Source of the DNA: Octopus sinensis
Taxonomy: Eukaryota
NCBI RefSeq assembly: GCF_006345805.1
Contig: NW_021832024.1
Coordinates: forward strand, 1 to 39,920
DNA length: 39,920 nucleotides
Direction: 5' to 3'
The position numbers and the translations under genes are program-made. Shown here piece after piece: positions 1 through 11,705 of this stretch (position 1 is the stretch's first letter; each line of letters opens with the position of its first letter). The notes below the pieces were generated by a model. The model was given only the letters and a program-made list of their open reading frames with translations, was not told where the DNA came from and searched no databases.

Positions 1-490
1 AGGGAATATATTGCACGACCAGCAATCATGCAACACCACTGATGAACACACACATGCACACATATATATATATATACACGTGCTCACACATGTACATACA
101 CATACACACAAACGCATATATATATATTTATATATATATGTTGATAGATAGATACACAGATTGATACGTACATACATTCATAGACATATATATAATATAT
201 ATATATATATATATACACAGAGATAGAAAGAGAGATAGATTGATAGATAGAAAGAAAGATAGATACATACATACATATTAGTTTATTGATAAAGAGATAA
301 ATCTAAGTGGGTGAGTACACACACACATACACAAACACATATATACCATGTGATCATATGCTCCCCCACAATCTTGGTTGTTATACATCGCTGATCACAA
401 TGCTGATTTGCATCGTCTTGGTTGGTGTTACGAATGAAGCGACCCCAGTGGTTGTGTATATGCTGGTGCATATATATATATATAAATGTG

Positions 491-521
<31 letters not shown>

Positions 522-741
522 ACAAGTGAGCTGCGAGTTAAATATATATAAAAGTTTTTAAGGTAAAAGTTTTTATTTTTCATTCATTTCAAAATTGGTC
601 TTACATGTGGTTTTGGACGTTTTGACTGTTCCTTCTAGCATATAAGGCGGTCTGTTAGGGGTCACCTCTTTTGTGCTTAATTGTACACTAATTTTATGTA
701 TATATACGTATATCCATGTATACGTACGTCTATACACACAC

Positions 742-744
<3 letters not shown>

Positions 745-837
<93 letters not shown>

Positions 838-1080
838 GTTTCTTTATTGGCCACACAGGGCTGCACACAGATGGGACAAGTTACAAGGTAGAGCTTTCTT
901 TTGGGGGATGAGAGAACAAAAACAAAAGAAAAAAAAAGGGGGGGTGGCGTAGGTTTTCGATCAAGAGGGATCGTAAGGGAAGGAAAAGAACAAAAACAAA
1001 AAAAATTGAATAAAATAAAAAGAATAAAAAGAAAAAAAAGAAAAGGAAAAAGATAGATAGATAGATAGTAGATAGATAGG

Positions 1081-1155
<75 letters not shown>

Positions 1156-1156
1156 C

Positions 1157-1187
<31 letters not shown>

Positions 1188-1202
1188 TATAGATAGATAG
1201 AT

Positions 1203-1271
<69 letters not shown>

Positions 1272-1273
1272 GA
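745..1273. repeat. (GATA)n microsatellite tracts (745-836 and 1052-1273) flanking a short inserted element
   Basis: Directly visible tetranucleotide runs. Confidence 0.97.
837..1050 (-). mobile_element. 5'-truncated retroelement 3' end (copy 1) with AATAAA and (TATC)n tail
   Basis: Minus strand ends ...GCCCTGTGTGGCCAATAAAGAAACTT then (ATCT)n; near-identical copy at 3456-3640. LINE 3'UTR assignment is inference. Confidence 0.7.
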
Positions 1274-2029
1274 TGGAGTGAGAGAGACAGACAGACAGAC
1301 AGACAGAAAGAGAGAGAATTTAAGTATAAATGAGCTACGCAAAACAAGACTGAATCGCCGAAGGCACATATCTGAACAACGCAGACAATACAGAAGCATG
1401 GGTGTGTCGAATATGATACCAATTACCAAATGCTAGTTATGTCCAGCTCCACTTGAGAACCGGCGACAAACTCAACAGTGAAGAATTTCTCTAAAATTGA
1501 TATAGTGTTAAGAAAAGAGATGATGTTAGTATCTGGAGACAAGAAGACAATCTGTTACACAGATGTCTGGCTCAATTGCCGTCTTCAACTGGACTGTAGT
1601 CGGGCTTTATCTTCTGCAAGGAAAGAGAGAAAAGGCAAAGAAATGTAGCAAATATGTATGGCGAACGCTATTCATATAAATTTAACAAACAACTGAGCTA
1701 AGAAGAATTACGCAGAATGGCCATAGGTATGTGGCTAGTGGTATTTATTTGAATAACGTAGACAAATCGAAGTCGTCATCGTCGTCGTCGTTGTCGGCGT
1801 CATCTATGAATAAACTGCCTTGGACGGTGAGTAAAGCACTTAGCGTCGTTCTCCTTGAAGACTGCCGACAGGCCAGGTACTAGGTACAACGAGCCTGATC
1901 GTTGATGCGTCACAGTAGCGGCTCACTTGCTAGTTGCCACCCAGCCCTGGTTTGCTGGTACAGATTTTCCATTTAGCTGCAATAACCTTCAAGTTTTTTG
2001 TCTAGGACTCCTCTACTTTGTCGATTGTC

Positions 2030-2480
2030 CAATGACATGTATGTTATATATCCTTTTATAAAGTATCAAGCGTGTTTTGGGATTTTCAATTAGAGAGACA
2101 TGACTATTACTTCTAGTACATTCAAAAACGCGCCATGTCGCTTATCCAACATCCTGCACTGTCTTTTTATAAAGTTTTAGCAGTAATTTTGGTTTATCAA
2201 TTGGACAGATCTGATTATTATTTCTTGCAGGTACAAGACCCGCCTTATCTATTATCCAACATCCGGCAAAATTTCTTTCAATAGTGTTTCAAGAATGGTT
2301 TTGGATATTCTGTTGAAGAAATCAGCCAATTATTTCTGACAGGCTCAAAATCCTGTCTTGTCCGTTATCCAACGGCCTCCAATGTGTATTTTTATAAAGT
2401 ACCAGGAGTGCTTTTCGTTTTTCAGTCGAAGAGATATGACTATTATTTCTAGCAGGTACGGAAGCCATGTACGTGACACA
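2030..2480. repeat. Degenerate ~111-bp tandem repeat, about 4 units
   Basis: Recurring TTTTATAAAGT (~2055, ~2165, ~2390), TTATCCAAC (~2142, ~2252, ~2365) and ATTATTTCT(A/T)GCAGGTAC. Confidence 0.75.
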
Positions 2481-3199
2481 TTTTTTTGCTTTCTGTATAT
2501 GCAGAATAATTTTGTAAATGAAAAAGAAGATCGATGAATCGTGCTGCCCACCAAAGCTAAAATTGTTCTGTGTGAACATCATATTGCTTCTACCATTGAC
2601 GTTTGACGACGCCTACATATATATATATATCTACACACAAACACACACATATGCAGACATACATATACATATATATATATATATATATATAATATATATA
2701 TATATTATATATATATATATATTATATATATATATATGCACATAAACTTGTTAGCTTCCCATAAATATTGAAGCATGTTTGGAAAAGTAGCAGTAATATT
2801 ACATCTAGGAAACCAGCTTAAACATGTATCTGTGTAGACTGGAGCATGTTGGAGCTGTTATCAGAAATATGATAGCGTTGTCTTGCAGCATGTTAGTGGA
2901 GAATGACTAGAATGTCGAGTGCGGTGTGTACGGTAAATGTAGAGCGAGTGAGGGAAACATAATTGTCGGCGTATGTGTTAGACATCTGGTGTGACTGATT
3001 ATAGATAATCGATATGTGTGATTGGGAGAGGGGAGAGATAGAGAGTGTATGTGTGAGTGTGTTATGTAGGTTGGTAGGTACTTAGTCAAATGGGTAGAGA
3101 CTGAGGGAGAGATATGTATACAAAGAAGTAGAGACATAGAGAGAGACACACACAGATAGCTAGATAGATTGATTGATAGATAGACAGACAGACAAATAG

Positions 3200-3235
<36 letters not shown>

Positions 3236-3337
3236 GGATAGAGACAGAGACAGAGACAGAGAGAGAGAGAGAAAAGGTACAGAGAGTAAAAGAGAGGTGC
3301 ATATATTGTGTGTATGCTTATACGGATACACATTCAC

Positions 3338-3640
<303 letters not shown>

Positions 3641-3735
3641 AAAAGACAGACAAATATATAGATAAATGGACAGACAAATAGATAGATAGATGGACATACA
3701 AATAGAAAGATAGATAGAATAATGGACAGACAAAT

Positions 3736-3778
<43 letters not shown>

Positions 3779-4022
3779 CAGACAGATAAATAGAGAGCAA
3801 ATCGACAGAGAGAGAGATGCATACAGATGCATACTCATATAAATATATGTAGAGACAGAAGATATACAAGAGAATCGGAGGTAGGGGGTGTTTACAAGAA
3901 GCATGGACAGAGGAAAAGAAAGAGAGAACCGGGCAAAGAAATAAGAAGAGGAAGAAATAAAGATAGCAACAGGGAAACTGAGATAAAGTGGAGGAGAGCG
4001 GAATGCGGACATCAACAGTAAG

Positions 4023-4026
<4 letters not shown>

Positions 4027-4083
<57 letters not shown>
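4027..4083. repeat. (GACA)n microsatellite
   Basis: Directly visible. Confidence 0.95.
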
Positions 4084-4084
<1 letters not shown>

Positions 4085-4120
4085 GCGAGAGGGAAAGAGG
4101 TGGGGGTAAGGAATGAAGCA

Positions 4121-4151
4121 ATGGCGGAAAAAAATGGCGTAGTCATAAAAA
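4121..4151 (+). CDS. Candidate first coding exon MAEKNGVVIK (phase 1)
   Basis: gcaATGGCG start, 10 codons + 1 nt, then strong donor GTAAGT at 4152, followed by a pyrimidine-rich, CpG-retaining intron start. Confidence 0.55.
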
Positions 4152-4636
4152 GTAAGTTGTTTATCTGTAAATAGGAAAATCTGTATTTTTTTTCCTCTTA
4201 GTTTCCGAATTGTATCCTCAGATTTCTTTCGACAACACTGATTAACGGATACACCGTCTCCTTCTTTCCATCTCGTTTACTTTCACTTTCTCTTTCGCCC
4301 CCCTTTCAATCCACCCTCGTTTCTTTTCTTGTTCTAAGCGTGAGCGTCTGTGCGTCTGAGTTGTTTGCGTGTGTGCGTGAGTTTATTTGTGTGTGTGTGC
4401 GTGAGTTTATTTGTGTGTGTGTGTGAGTTTATTTGTGTGTGTGTATTTCCCTCTGCATGTAAATGTATACACCCATATATGCATATGTAAATATTTACAT
4501 AGGCACTCGTATATTCATTTTAGTGTCTCTATATACAAGCATACACACACACACATAAACACATACACACACGCACACATAGATAGATAGACAGATAGAT
4601 AGATAGACAGATAGATAGATAGATAGATAGATAGCT

Positions 4637-4670
<34 letters not shown>

Positions 4671-5011
4671 CTGACAGACAGACAGACAGACAGATAGATA
4701 GACACATATACAGACAAAGACAGACAGACGGACATATGTATGGGTGGCTAGACAGACAGACGGATGGATAGATAAATAAATAAATAGATAGATAGATAGA
4801 TAGATGAGAAAATGCACAGAAGGACAGCAAAAGGAAAACTCACACACGAGACGTTAACAGGCTCCTCTCTCTGTTATCGTTCAAAACTCATGAGGTGTGT
4901 GCGCGCCCGTGTGTGTGTATCAATTAATATACATATAGAAATGCATACATATATATGTTTTTGTTTTAGCCTTCATTGACGCCACCCCGCTGGCTAAGCG
5001 AGCGGGCCGAC

Positions 5012-5734
5012 AGAATAAAGAGTGTGAGAAAGTTGTGGCGAAAGAGTACAGCAGGGATCGCCACCACCCCCTGCCAGATTCTCGTGGAGCTTTTGGGTGT
5101 TTTCGCTCAATAAACACTCACAACGCTAGAAACCGGGAATCGAAACCGCGACCCTACGACCGCGAGTCGGCTGCCCTAACCACTGGGCCATTGCGCCTGC
5201 ACTATATATATATATATGTATGTATGTGTGTATATATACAGGTACAACAGGAACAGGAAGTAAGAGTGAGAGAAGGTTGCGGTGAAAGAGTACAGCAGGG
5301 ATCACCGCCATCCCCTGCTGGAGCCTCGTGGAGCTTTTAGGTGTTTTCGCTCAATAAACACCCACAACGTCAGGTCTGGGAATCGAAACCGCGACCCTAC
5401 GACCGCGTGTCCGCTGCCCTAACCACTGGGCCATTGTGCCTCCACTATATAATATATATATATGTATGTATGTATGTGTGTATATATAAGGTACAAAAGG
5501 AACAGGAAGTAAGAGTGAGAGAAGGTTGCGGTGGTGAAAGAGTACAGCAGGGATCACCGCCACCCCTGCCGGAGCCTCGTGGAGCTTTTAGGTGTTTTGC
5601 TCAATAAACACTCACAACGCCCGGTCTGGGAATCGAAACCGCGACCCTACGACCGCGAGTCGGCTGCCCTAACCACTGGGCCATGCGCCTCCACTAATAT
5701 ATATATATATATATATATATGATATATATTATAT

Positions 5735-5791
<57 letters not shown>

Positions 5792-6020
5792 ATGTATGTA
5801 TTGTGTATATATACAGGTACAAAAGGAACAGGAAGTAAGAGTGAGAGAAGGTTGCGGTGAAAGAGTACAGCAGGGATCACCGCCATCCTCTGCCGGAGCC
5901 TCGTGGAGCTTTTAGGTGTTTTCGCTCAATAAACACTCACAACGCCCGGTCTGGGAATCGAAACCGCGACCCTACGACCGCGAGTCCGCTGCCCTAACCA
6001 CTGGGTCATTGCGCCTCCAC
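5012..6020 (-). mobile_element. Four head-to-tail copies of a tRNA-headed SINE (family A) separated by (TA)n
   Basis: Copies at ~5012-5200, 5238-5444, 5489-5693 and 5815-6020; minus strand starts GAGGCGCAATGGCCCAGTGGTTAGG (A box) ... GGTTTCGATTCC (B box). Confidence 0.92.
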
Positions 6021-6221
6021 ACATATATATACATACAGGCATAATATTATATAAACACTTTGTGTATGTGCGCGCGTGTGCGGGTTTACATATTGAAAGA
6101 TTTACATGAAGGTCATAAAAGCATTTGTCACCATAAATATAAATGTCTGCTTTCTTTCGTTACTGCTGCTTTTCTAAAGTACATCTCAACTGTCTCAGAA
6201 AGTTATTTTTTCATTAGAAAC

Positions 6222-6620
6222 AGACGCAGGAGTGGCTGTGTGGTAAGTAGCTTGTTTACCAACCACATGGTTCCGGGTTCAGTTCCACTGCGTGGCACCT
6301 TGGGCAACTGTCTTCTACTATAGCCTCGGGCCGACCAAAGCCCTGTGAGTGGATTTGGTAGACGGAAACTGAAAGAAGCTCGTCGTATATATGTATATAT
6401 ATATGAGTGTATGTGTGTCTGTGTTTGGCCTCCCCTAGCATTGCTTGACAACCGATGCTGGTGTGTTTATGTCCCCGTTACTTAGCGGTTCAACAAAAGA
6501 GACCGATAGAATAAGTACTGGGCTTACAAAAGAATAAGTCCCGGGATCGAATTGCTCGATTAAAGGCGGTGCTCCAGCATGGCCGCAGTCAAATGACTGA
6601 AACAAGTAAAAGAGTAAAAG
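6222..6620 (+). mobile_element. Full-length tRNA-headed SINE (family B) with internal TA/TG microsatellite
   Basis: GCAGGAGTGGCTGTGTGGTAAG head, GGTTCAGTTCC B box, tail GGCGGTGCTCCAGCATGGCCGCAGTCAAATGACTGAAAC; same family at 24680 and 29072. Confidence 0.92.
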
Positions 6621-6848
6621 AGAGAGAGACAGTAGATCGTTTAGTATTGATTGTAGGAGATTTTGCCCATTTGTGACAAAGAGATATCATCACTTCTGCA
6701 GATTTCTCTCTTGAGAGAGAGAGGTCAAGGGAGGTCTCGTACACGAGAGAGTTATCCTACCTTGAAATACCTTGCGATTTCAAGTAGCGGTGTATGGTTT
6801 TTGTCCTCTTGTTTTATGCTTACATAACTACATCATGGCCGTCAGTTA

Positions 6849-7020
6849 CAGGGTGTCACTAAACTTATAATTTTCGAATAAATTTTAGGCGTGGACCCAT
6901 CAACCCCTGAGCTATTTTCATTAATCTCTCAACCATAAAATATGTAACGACGATTTCTTTAACATTCTATTGTGAAGGAATAGGGTTTAAAATTAATGGA
7001 TTTTGTTTCAAATGTCTTAC
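6849..7020 (+). mobile_element. Possible Tc1/mariner-type terminal fragment
   Basis: Starts TA|CAGGGTG like the element at 17634; no partner TIR found. Confidence 0.35.
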
Positions 7021-7278
7021 CCTAAATATAGATAGTTTCCATCACATTGGTTCCGGTTTCTGAGCAATTGTATATGGTGGTTAACCCATCTTTTAAAAGT
7101 AATTGCTTGTTACCTAATACCTCCCTCCCTCCCACTGTTGTCTCTTTCTATCTCACTTTCTCTTTAGAAATACACACGCATACACACTCACACGCATATA
7201 TAGAGAGATGGAGAAAAATGGAAATGTAGAGGGTTTGAGGGTTTACGGGAGATTATCTCCATACAAATCACAGCAGAT

Positions 7279-7442
7279 AGGCGCAGGCGTAGCTGCGCCT
7301 ATCTGGTAAGAAGCCTGTTTCCTAATCACATGGTTCAGTCCTACCGCTCGGTGCTTTGACCAAATATCTTCTACTATAGGCTTAGGGGCGACCAAAGCCT
7401 TGGGGGTAAATTTGGTAGACAGAAACTGAAAAAAGACCCGTC
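7279..7442 (+). mobile_element. Diverged 5' half of SINE family B
   Basis: AGGCGCAGG...TCTTCTACTATAG...TTTGGTAGACAGAAACTGAA matches 6222-6380. Confidence 0.8.
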
Positions 7443-7467
7443 ATATATATATATATATATATATATA

Positions 7468-9445
7468 TTAACAATTAAGGAACGGCCATAATAGGCCATT
7501 CACCCACTAGAAATAACAGCCAAAGCTTTTACCGCAAATAAAGATTAATTCCGTAAACAGGAGAAAATTAAAAAAACATTTACCCTGTAATTTCTTGTAC
7601 GGTATACCGTTTCATCCGCTGTTTAATGGTAAACTAACCTGATTAAATTAAATCAAGCCAATCTTCCATAAGCCCTCGGATTCTTCAGCAAGAAAAGCTC
7701 AAGTCGGAACAGATATTTACACGAGGCATACCCAATCTTGCCAAGGCAATATCTGACCTAAAATTTTCAAATCGTCGCACTCGCGCCAAATTTATCGGCA
7801 GCAAATAAATATCAGCCGTCGATTCCATTACGGAATTACCAAAAAATTCATAATTAATCAATATAGGGTGGCAAGGAAAATTTTGTAGAATTTTATTGCA
7901 CCAGCGGCCCAGTGGGAAAAAATTAAATAGTCATAGACCATTTTTAAGTTCAACATTAACAATTAAGGAACGGCCATAATAGGCCATTCACCCACTAGAA
8001 ATAACAGCCAAAGCTTTTACCGCAAATAAAGATTATTCCGTAAACAGGAGAAAATTAAAAAAACATTACCCTGTAATTTCTTGTACGGTTTATACCGTTT
8101 CATCCGCTGTTTAATGGTAAATAACCTGATTAAATTAAATCAAGCAAATCTTCCATAAGCCCTCGGATTCTTCAGCAAAGAAATGCTCAAGTCGGTCGGA
8201 ACAGATTTACACGAGGCATACCCAATCTTGCCCAGGCAATCTATCTGACCTAAAATTTTCAAATCGTCGCACTCCGCCAAATTTATCGGCACGGCAGCAA
8301 ATAAATATCAGCCGTCGATTCCATTACGGAATTAACCAAAAAATTCATAATAATCAAATATAGGGTGGCAAGGAAAATTTTGTAGAATTTTATTGCCACC
8401 AGCGGCCCAGTGGGAAAAAATTAAATAGTCATAGACCATTTTTAAGTTCAACATTAACAATTAAGGAACGGCCATAATAGGCCATTCACCCACTAGAAAT
8501 AACAGCCAAAGCTTTTACCGCAAATAAAGATTAATTCCGTAAACAGGAGAAAATTAAAAAAACATTTACCCTGTAATTTCTTGTACGGTATACCGTTTCA
8601 TCCGCTGTTTAATGGTAAACTAACCTGATTAAATTAAATCAAGCCAATCTTCCATAAGCCTCGGATTCTTGATTTAATTTAATCAGGTTAGTTTACCATT
8701 AAACAGCGGATGAAACGGTATACCGTCAAGAAATTACAGGGTAAATGTTTTTTTAATTTTCTCCTGTTTACGGAATTAATCTTTATTTGCGGTAAAAGCT
8801 TTGGCTGTTATTTCTAGTGGGTGAATGGCCTATTATGGCCGTTCCTTAATTGTTAATGTTGAACTTAAAAATGGTCTATGACTATTTAATTTTTTCCCAC
8901 TGGGCCGCTGGTGGCAATAAAATTCTACAAAATTTTCCTTGCCACCCTATATTGATTAATTATGAATTTTTTGGTTAATTCCGTAATGGAATCGACGGCT
9001 GATATTTATTTGCTGCGATAAATTTGGCGCGAGTGCGACGATTGAAAATTTTAGGTCAGATATTGCCTTGGCAAGATTGGGTATGCCTCGTGTAAATATC
9101 TGTTCCGACTTGAGCTATTCTTGCTGAAGAATCCGAGGGCTTATGGAAGATTGGCTTGATTTAATTTAATCAGGTTAGTTTACCATTAAACAGCGGATGA
9201 AACGGTATACCGTACAAGAAATTACAGGGTAAATGTTTTTTTAATTTTCTCCTGTTTACGGAATTAATCTTTATTTGCGGTAAAAACTTTGGCTGTTATT
9301 TCTAGTGGGTGAATGGCCTATTATGGCCGTTCCTTAATTGTTAATGTTGAACTTAAAAATGGTCTATGACTATTTAATTTTTTCCCACTGGCCGCTGGTG
9401 GCAATAAAATTCTACAAAATTTCCATGCCACCCTATATTGATTAA

Positions 9446-9447
<2 letters not shown>
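7468..9447. repeat. ~490-bp tandem array (about 2.4 units) followed by an inverted arm, forming a palindrome with ~780-bp arms
   Basis: Unit starts at 7468, 7956 and 8454; orientation flips at 8668; arms 7852-8643 and 8668-9447 with a 24-nt spacer. Confidence 0.95.
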
Positions 9448-9480
<33 letters not shown>

Positions 9481-9540
9481 GTCATATATATATATATATA
9501 TACACAGAGAGACAGACACACAGACAGACAGATACCTGTA

Positions 9541-10545
9541 GCGTGTGTGTGTGTGTGCCTTTGTGCCTGTGTTTGTCCCCCACCAACGCTTGACCTGTGT
9601 TGATCTGCTTACGTTCTCGTAACTTAGTAGTTCGGCAAAAGATGAAGTTTGAATAAGAAATAGGTTTAACAAAACGAAAAAAATGTAAGTACTATGTTCG
9701 ATTTATTCGACTAAAACGTCTTCACGTCGATGCCCCAGCTTGGCCGCGGTCTAATGATCGAAACGAATAAGAAAAAAAATGAAAGATAAAAGAGAAGATA
9801 CGGTGGGCTGCTTCTGTACTGATTTATGTAATCTTTACCTATTCGAAAATGACATTGGTTTACAAGGTTTTTTTTTTATTTCTATTCAAAACATCCTATG
9901 TCTATAAAGCGAAGCCTTCACAGTGAAGCTAATACTGAACCCTGTCATGTAATTTGTGATTACAGTGTAAAGGATCATTTAAGCATAAAGCCTTGTCAGT
10001 GGATTTGGTAGACGGAAAGTGAAAGAGGCCCATTGTATATATATATATATGTATATATATAATAAAACTTTACATATATAAATAAAAATAACGTGAAATA
10101 CACGAAGGGACGAACATGAAAAACAGACAGGTCATTCAAAGCCTTCATTCTTCCGTCAGAAACCGATTGTGTGTGTGTGTGTGTATGTGTGTGTATGTAT
10201 ATTTTTTGTGTGTACATGTTTGTGTGTCTGTGTTTGTCCTCCCAACATCGCTTGACAACCGATGCTGGTGTGTTTACGTCCCCGTAGCTTAGCGGTTCGG
10301 CGAAAGAGACCGTATGCGTGTGTGTCTTTGTGCCTCTGTTTGCCCACTGCTACCACCTTTTGACAACCGCGTGATGGTTTGTTTATGTCTCTGTAACATA
10401 ACAGTTCGGGAAATGAGACCAATATAATAAGTACCAGATTGAAAATAAAAGAAGAACTGGGGTTGATTCATTCAACCCAAATTCTTCAATGAGGTGCACC
10501 AGCATGGCCGCTGTGTAATGAGTGAAATAAGTAAAACAATAAAAC
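9541..10545 (+). mobile_element. Several truncated or duplicated SINE family B pieces
   Basis: GGATTTGGTAGACGGAAA, CGCTTGACAACCGATGCTGGTGTGTTTACGTCCCC and CAGCATGGCCGC motifs. Confidence 0.8.
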
Positions 10546-10589
10546 AAACAAAAAAAAAGTAAATGATGTTAATAATAGATTTTACTATA

Positions 10590-11340
10590 TAATTCGTTTA
10601 ACATTTTTAGGGGTTATTTAAATTTTCGTGCATGTATTGAAGTTTAGTGTTAGGTTTTATGCAAGGACCCTATTGAGAATTGTCCATGTGATATATACAT
10701 CGAACGAAGTTAAACAATATTAGATAAGCTTCATTAGTAATTAACAAAACTAATTCTTTGAAAAAATTATGGAGGGTCGTGAAGATTAGAGTAGTAATGT
10801 GATTATTTAATAACTACAGGCCATCGATTCGCTGGTTACCTTCAGAGTTATTATTAAGCAATGTGTTTAAAGTAAACAACATCACTGGTCTTAGCGTAAT
10901 ACTTTGAAGCAATAAGCGTTTTTGTTCTGATCTACAGTTGTCATAGTACAGTAAACATTTTCTTCGATATATGATAATATCAATAACTTTGGCTTTGACC
11001 AATATCATTGATTTTGTTTGGTTAAATGCGGTTGTAAATTTAGAGTCAGTAATTGTAGGGTAGTAATCCTTCCTATCAAATTAGAATAAACGGCGATTCT
11101 TTTATTGTAGTTTGGTATTAAACCATTCTGTTACTGAATTTGTATTATTCCAAAAGTGTAACTGTGAGCTGGTCTTCATTTTGAGAACAAGAATAATATA
11201 TTTTTACAAATAATTCCTATAATTGCTTCAGAAGAATTAATAAGCTTCATTGAAGATGGTTTCAAAGTGAGTTTTGTGATCATTAAATGTGAAATATATA
11301 TAATTTTTTCTTTATTATTGGTTACAAGTGGTTTAGTCCT
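10590..11340 (-). pseudogene. Degenerate Penelope-like element reverse transcriptase fragment
   Basis: Minus-strand translation with frameshifts: YFTFNDHKTHFET/KLINSSEAIIGIICKNIL, FWNNTNSVTEWFN, FDRKDYYPTIT, IIIYRRKCLLY, NQRIDGL (RDDGL position), KPNTKLQYMHENLNNP. These follow the PLE RT motif order. Confidence 0.85.
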
Positions 11341-11504
11341 ATCATCTAGTTAGGAGGCAGATTTTCGCACTAATATTGACACCCTTTAAATAGGCATCAG
11401 TATGAAATTTTTGAGAATATTTGATGCAACTTATTCTATACTTTACTCTTAGAGCACCCAAAAACAGACATTTTGAGACCCTATTTGCGAAATTGCGATG
11501 AATA

Positions 11505-11705
11505 TTTTTTTTTTGTAGTTTCAGCTCAGAGCTGCGGCCATGCTGATGCACCGCCGTTTTGCTACACTGTTATTACCGAGAGCCTCATCCAATATATGGC
11601 ACTTGGTGAAGAATAGAGTTTGATATAGCTACCCTCATTTGCACCTCTTGACGTGATGTAGGTTCATCTGGAACTCTCGACAAGAAGAGGTCTAGCTTCG
11701 ATTTT
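11505..11705 (-). mobile_element. 3' end of a CR1/L2-type LINE (ORF2 C-terminus, 3'UTR, poly-A)
   Basis: KSKLDLFLSRVPDEPTSRQEVQMRVAISNSILHQVPYIG* (stop 11585-11587), then GGCGGTGCATCAGCATGGCCGCAGCTCTGAGCTGAAAC and an A-run. Confidence 0.8.

Noticed and set aside
283-700. Short GC-richer pieces with open frames (e.g. HWGRFIRNTNQDD, EVTPNRPPYMLE)
   Set aside because: Probably old retroelement fragments, but I could not assign a family with confidence.
1770-2030. GC-richer segment with a (GAC/GAT)n-like run, possibly a LINE 3' end
   Set aside because: No diagnostic protein motif recognised; left unclassified.
5140-5200. tRNA-like A/B-box sequences at SINE heads
   Set aside because: No complete cloverleaf or acceptor stem; they continue into SINE bodies, so they are not tRNA genes.
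7672-7760. ALGFFSKKSSSRNRY resembling the Gypsy RNase H motif PLGFFSKKL
   Set aside because: Very short match bounded by stops; no other RNase H or RT motifs in the unit.
5012-9447. Regularly spaced repeats resembling a CRISPR-like array
   Set aside because: Units are 250-490 bp, spacers are microsatellite or absent, the context is eukaryotic, and there are no cas genes.
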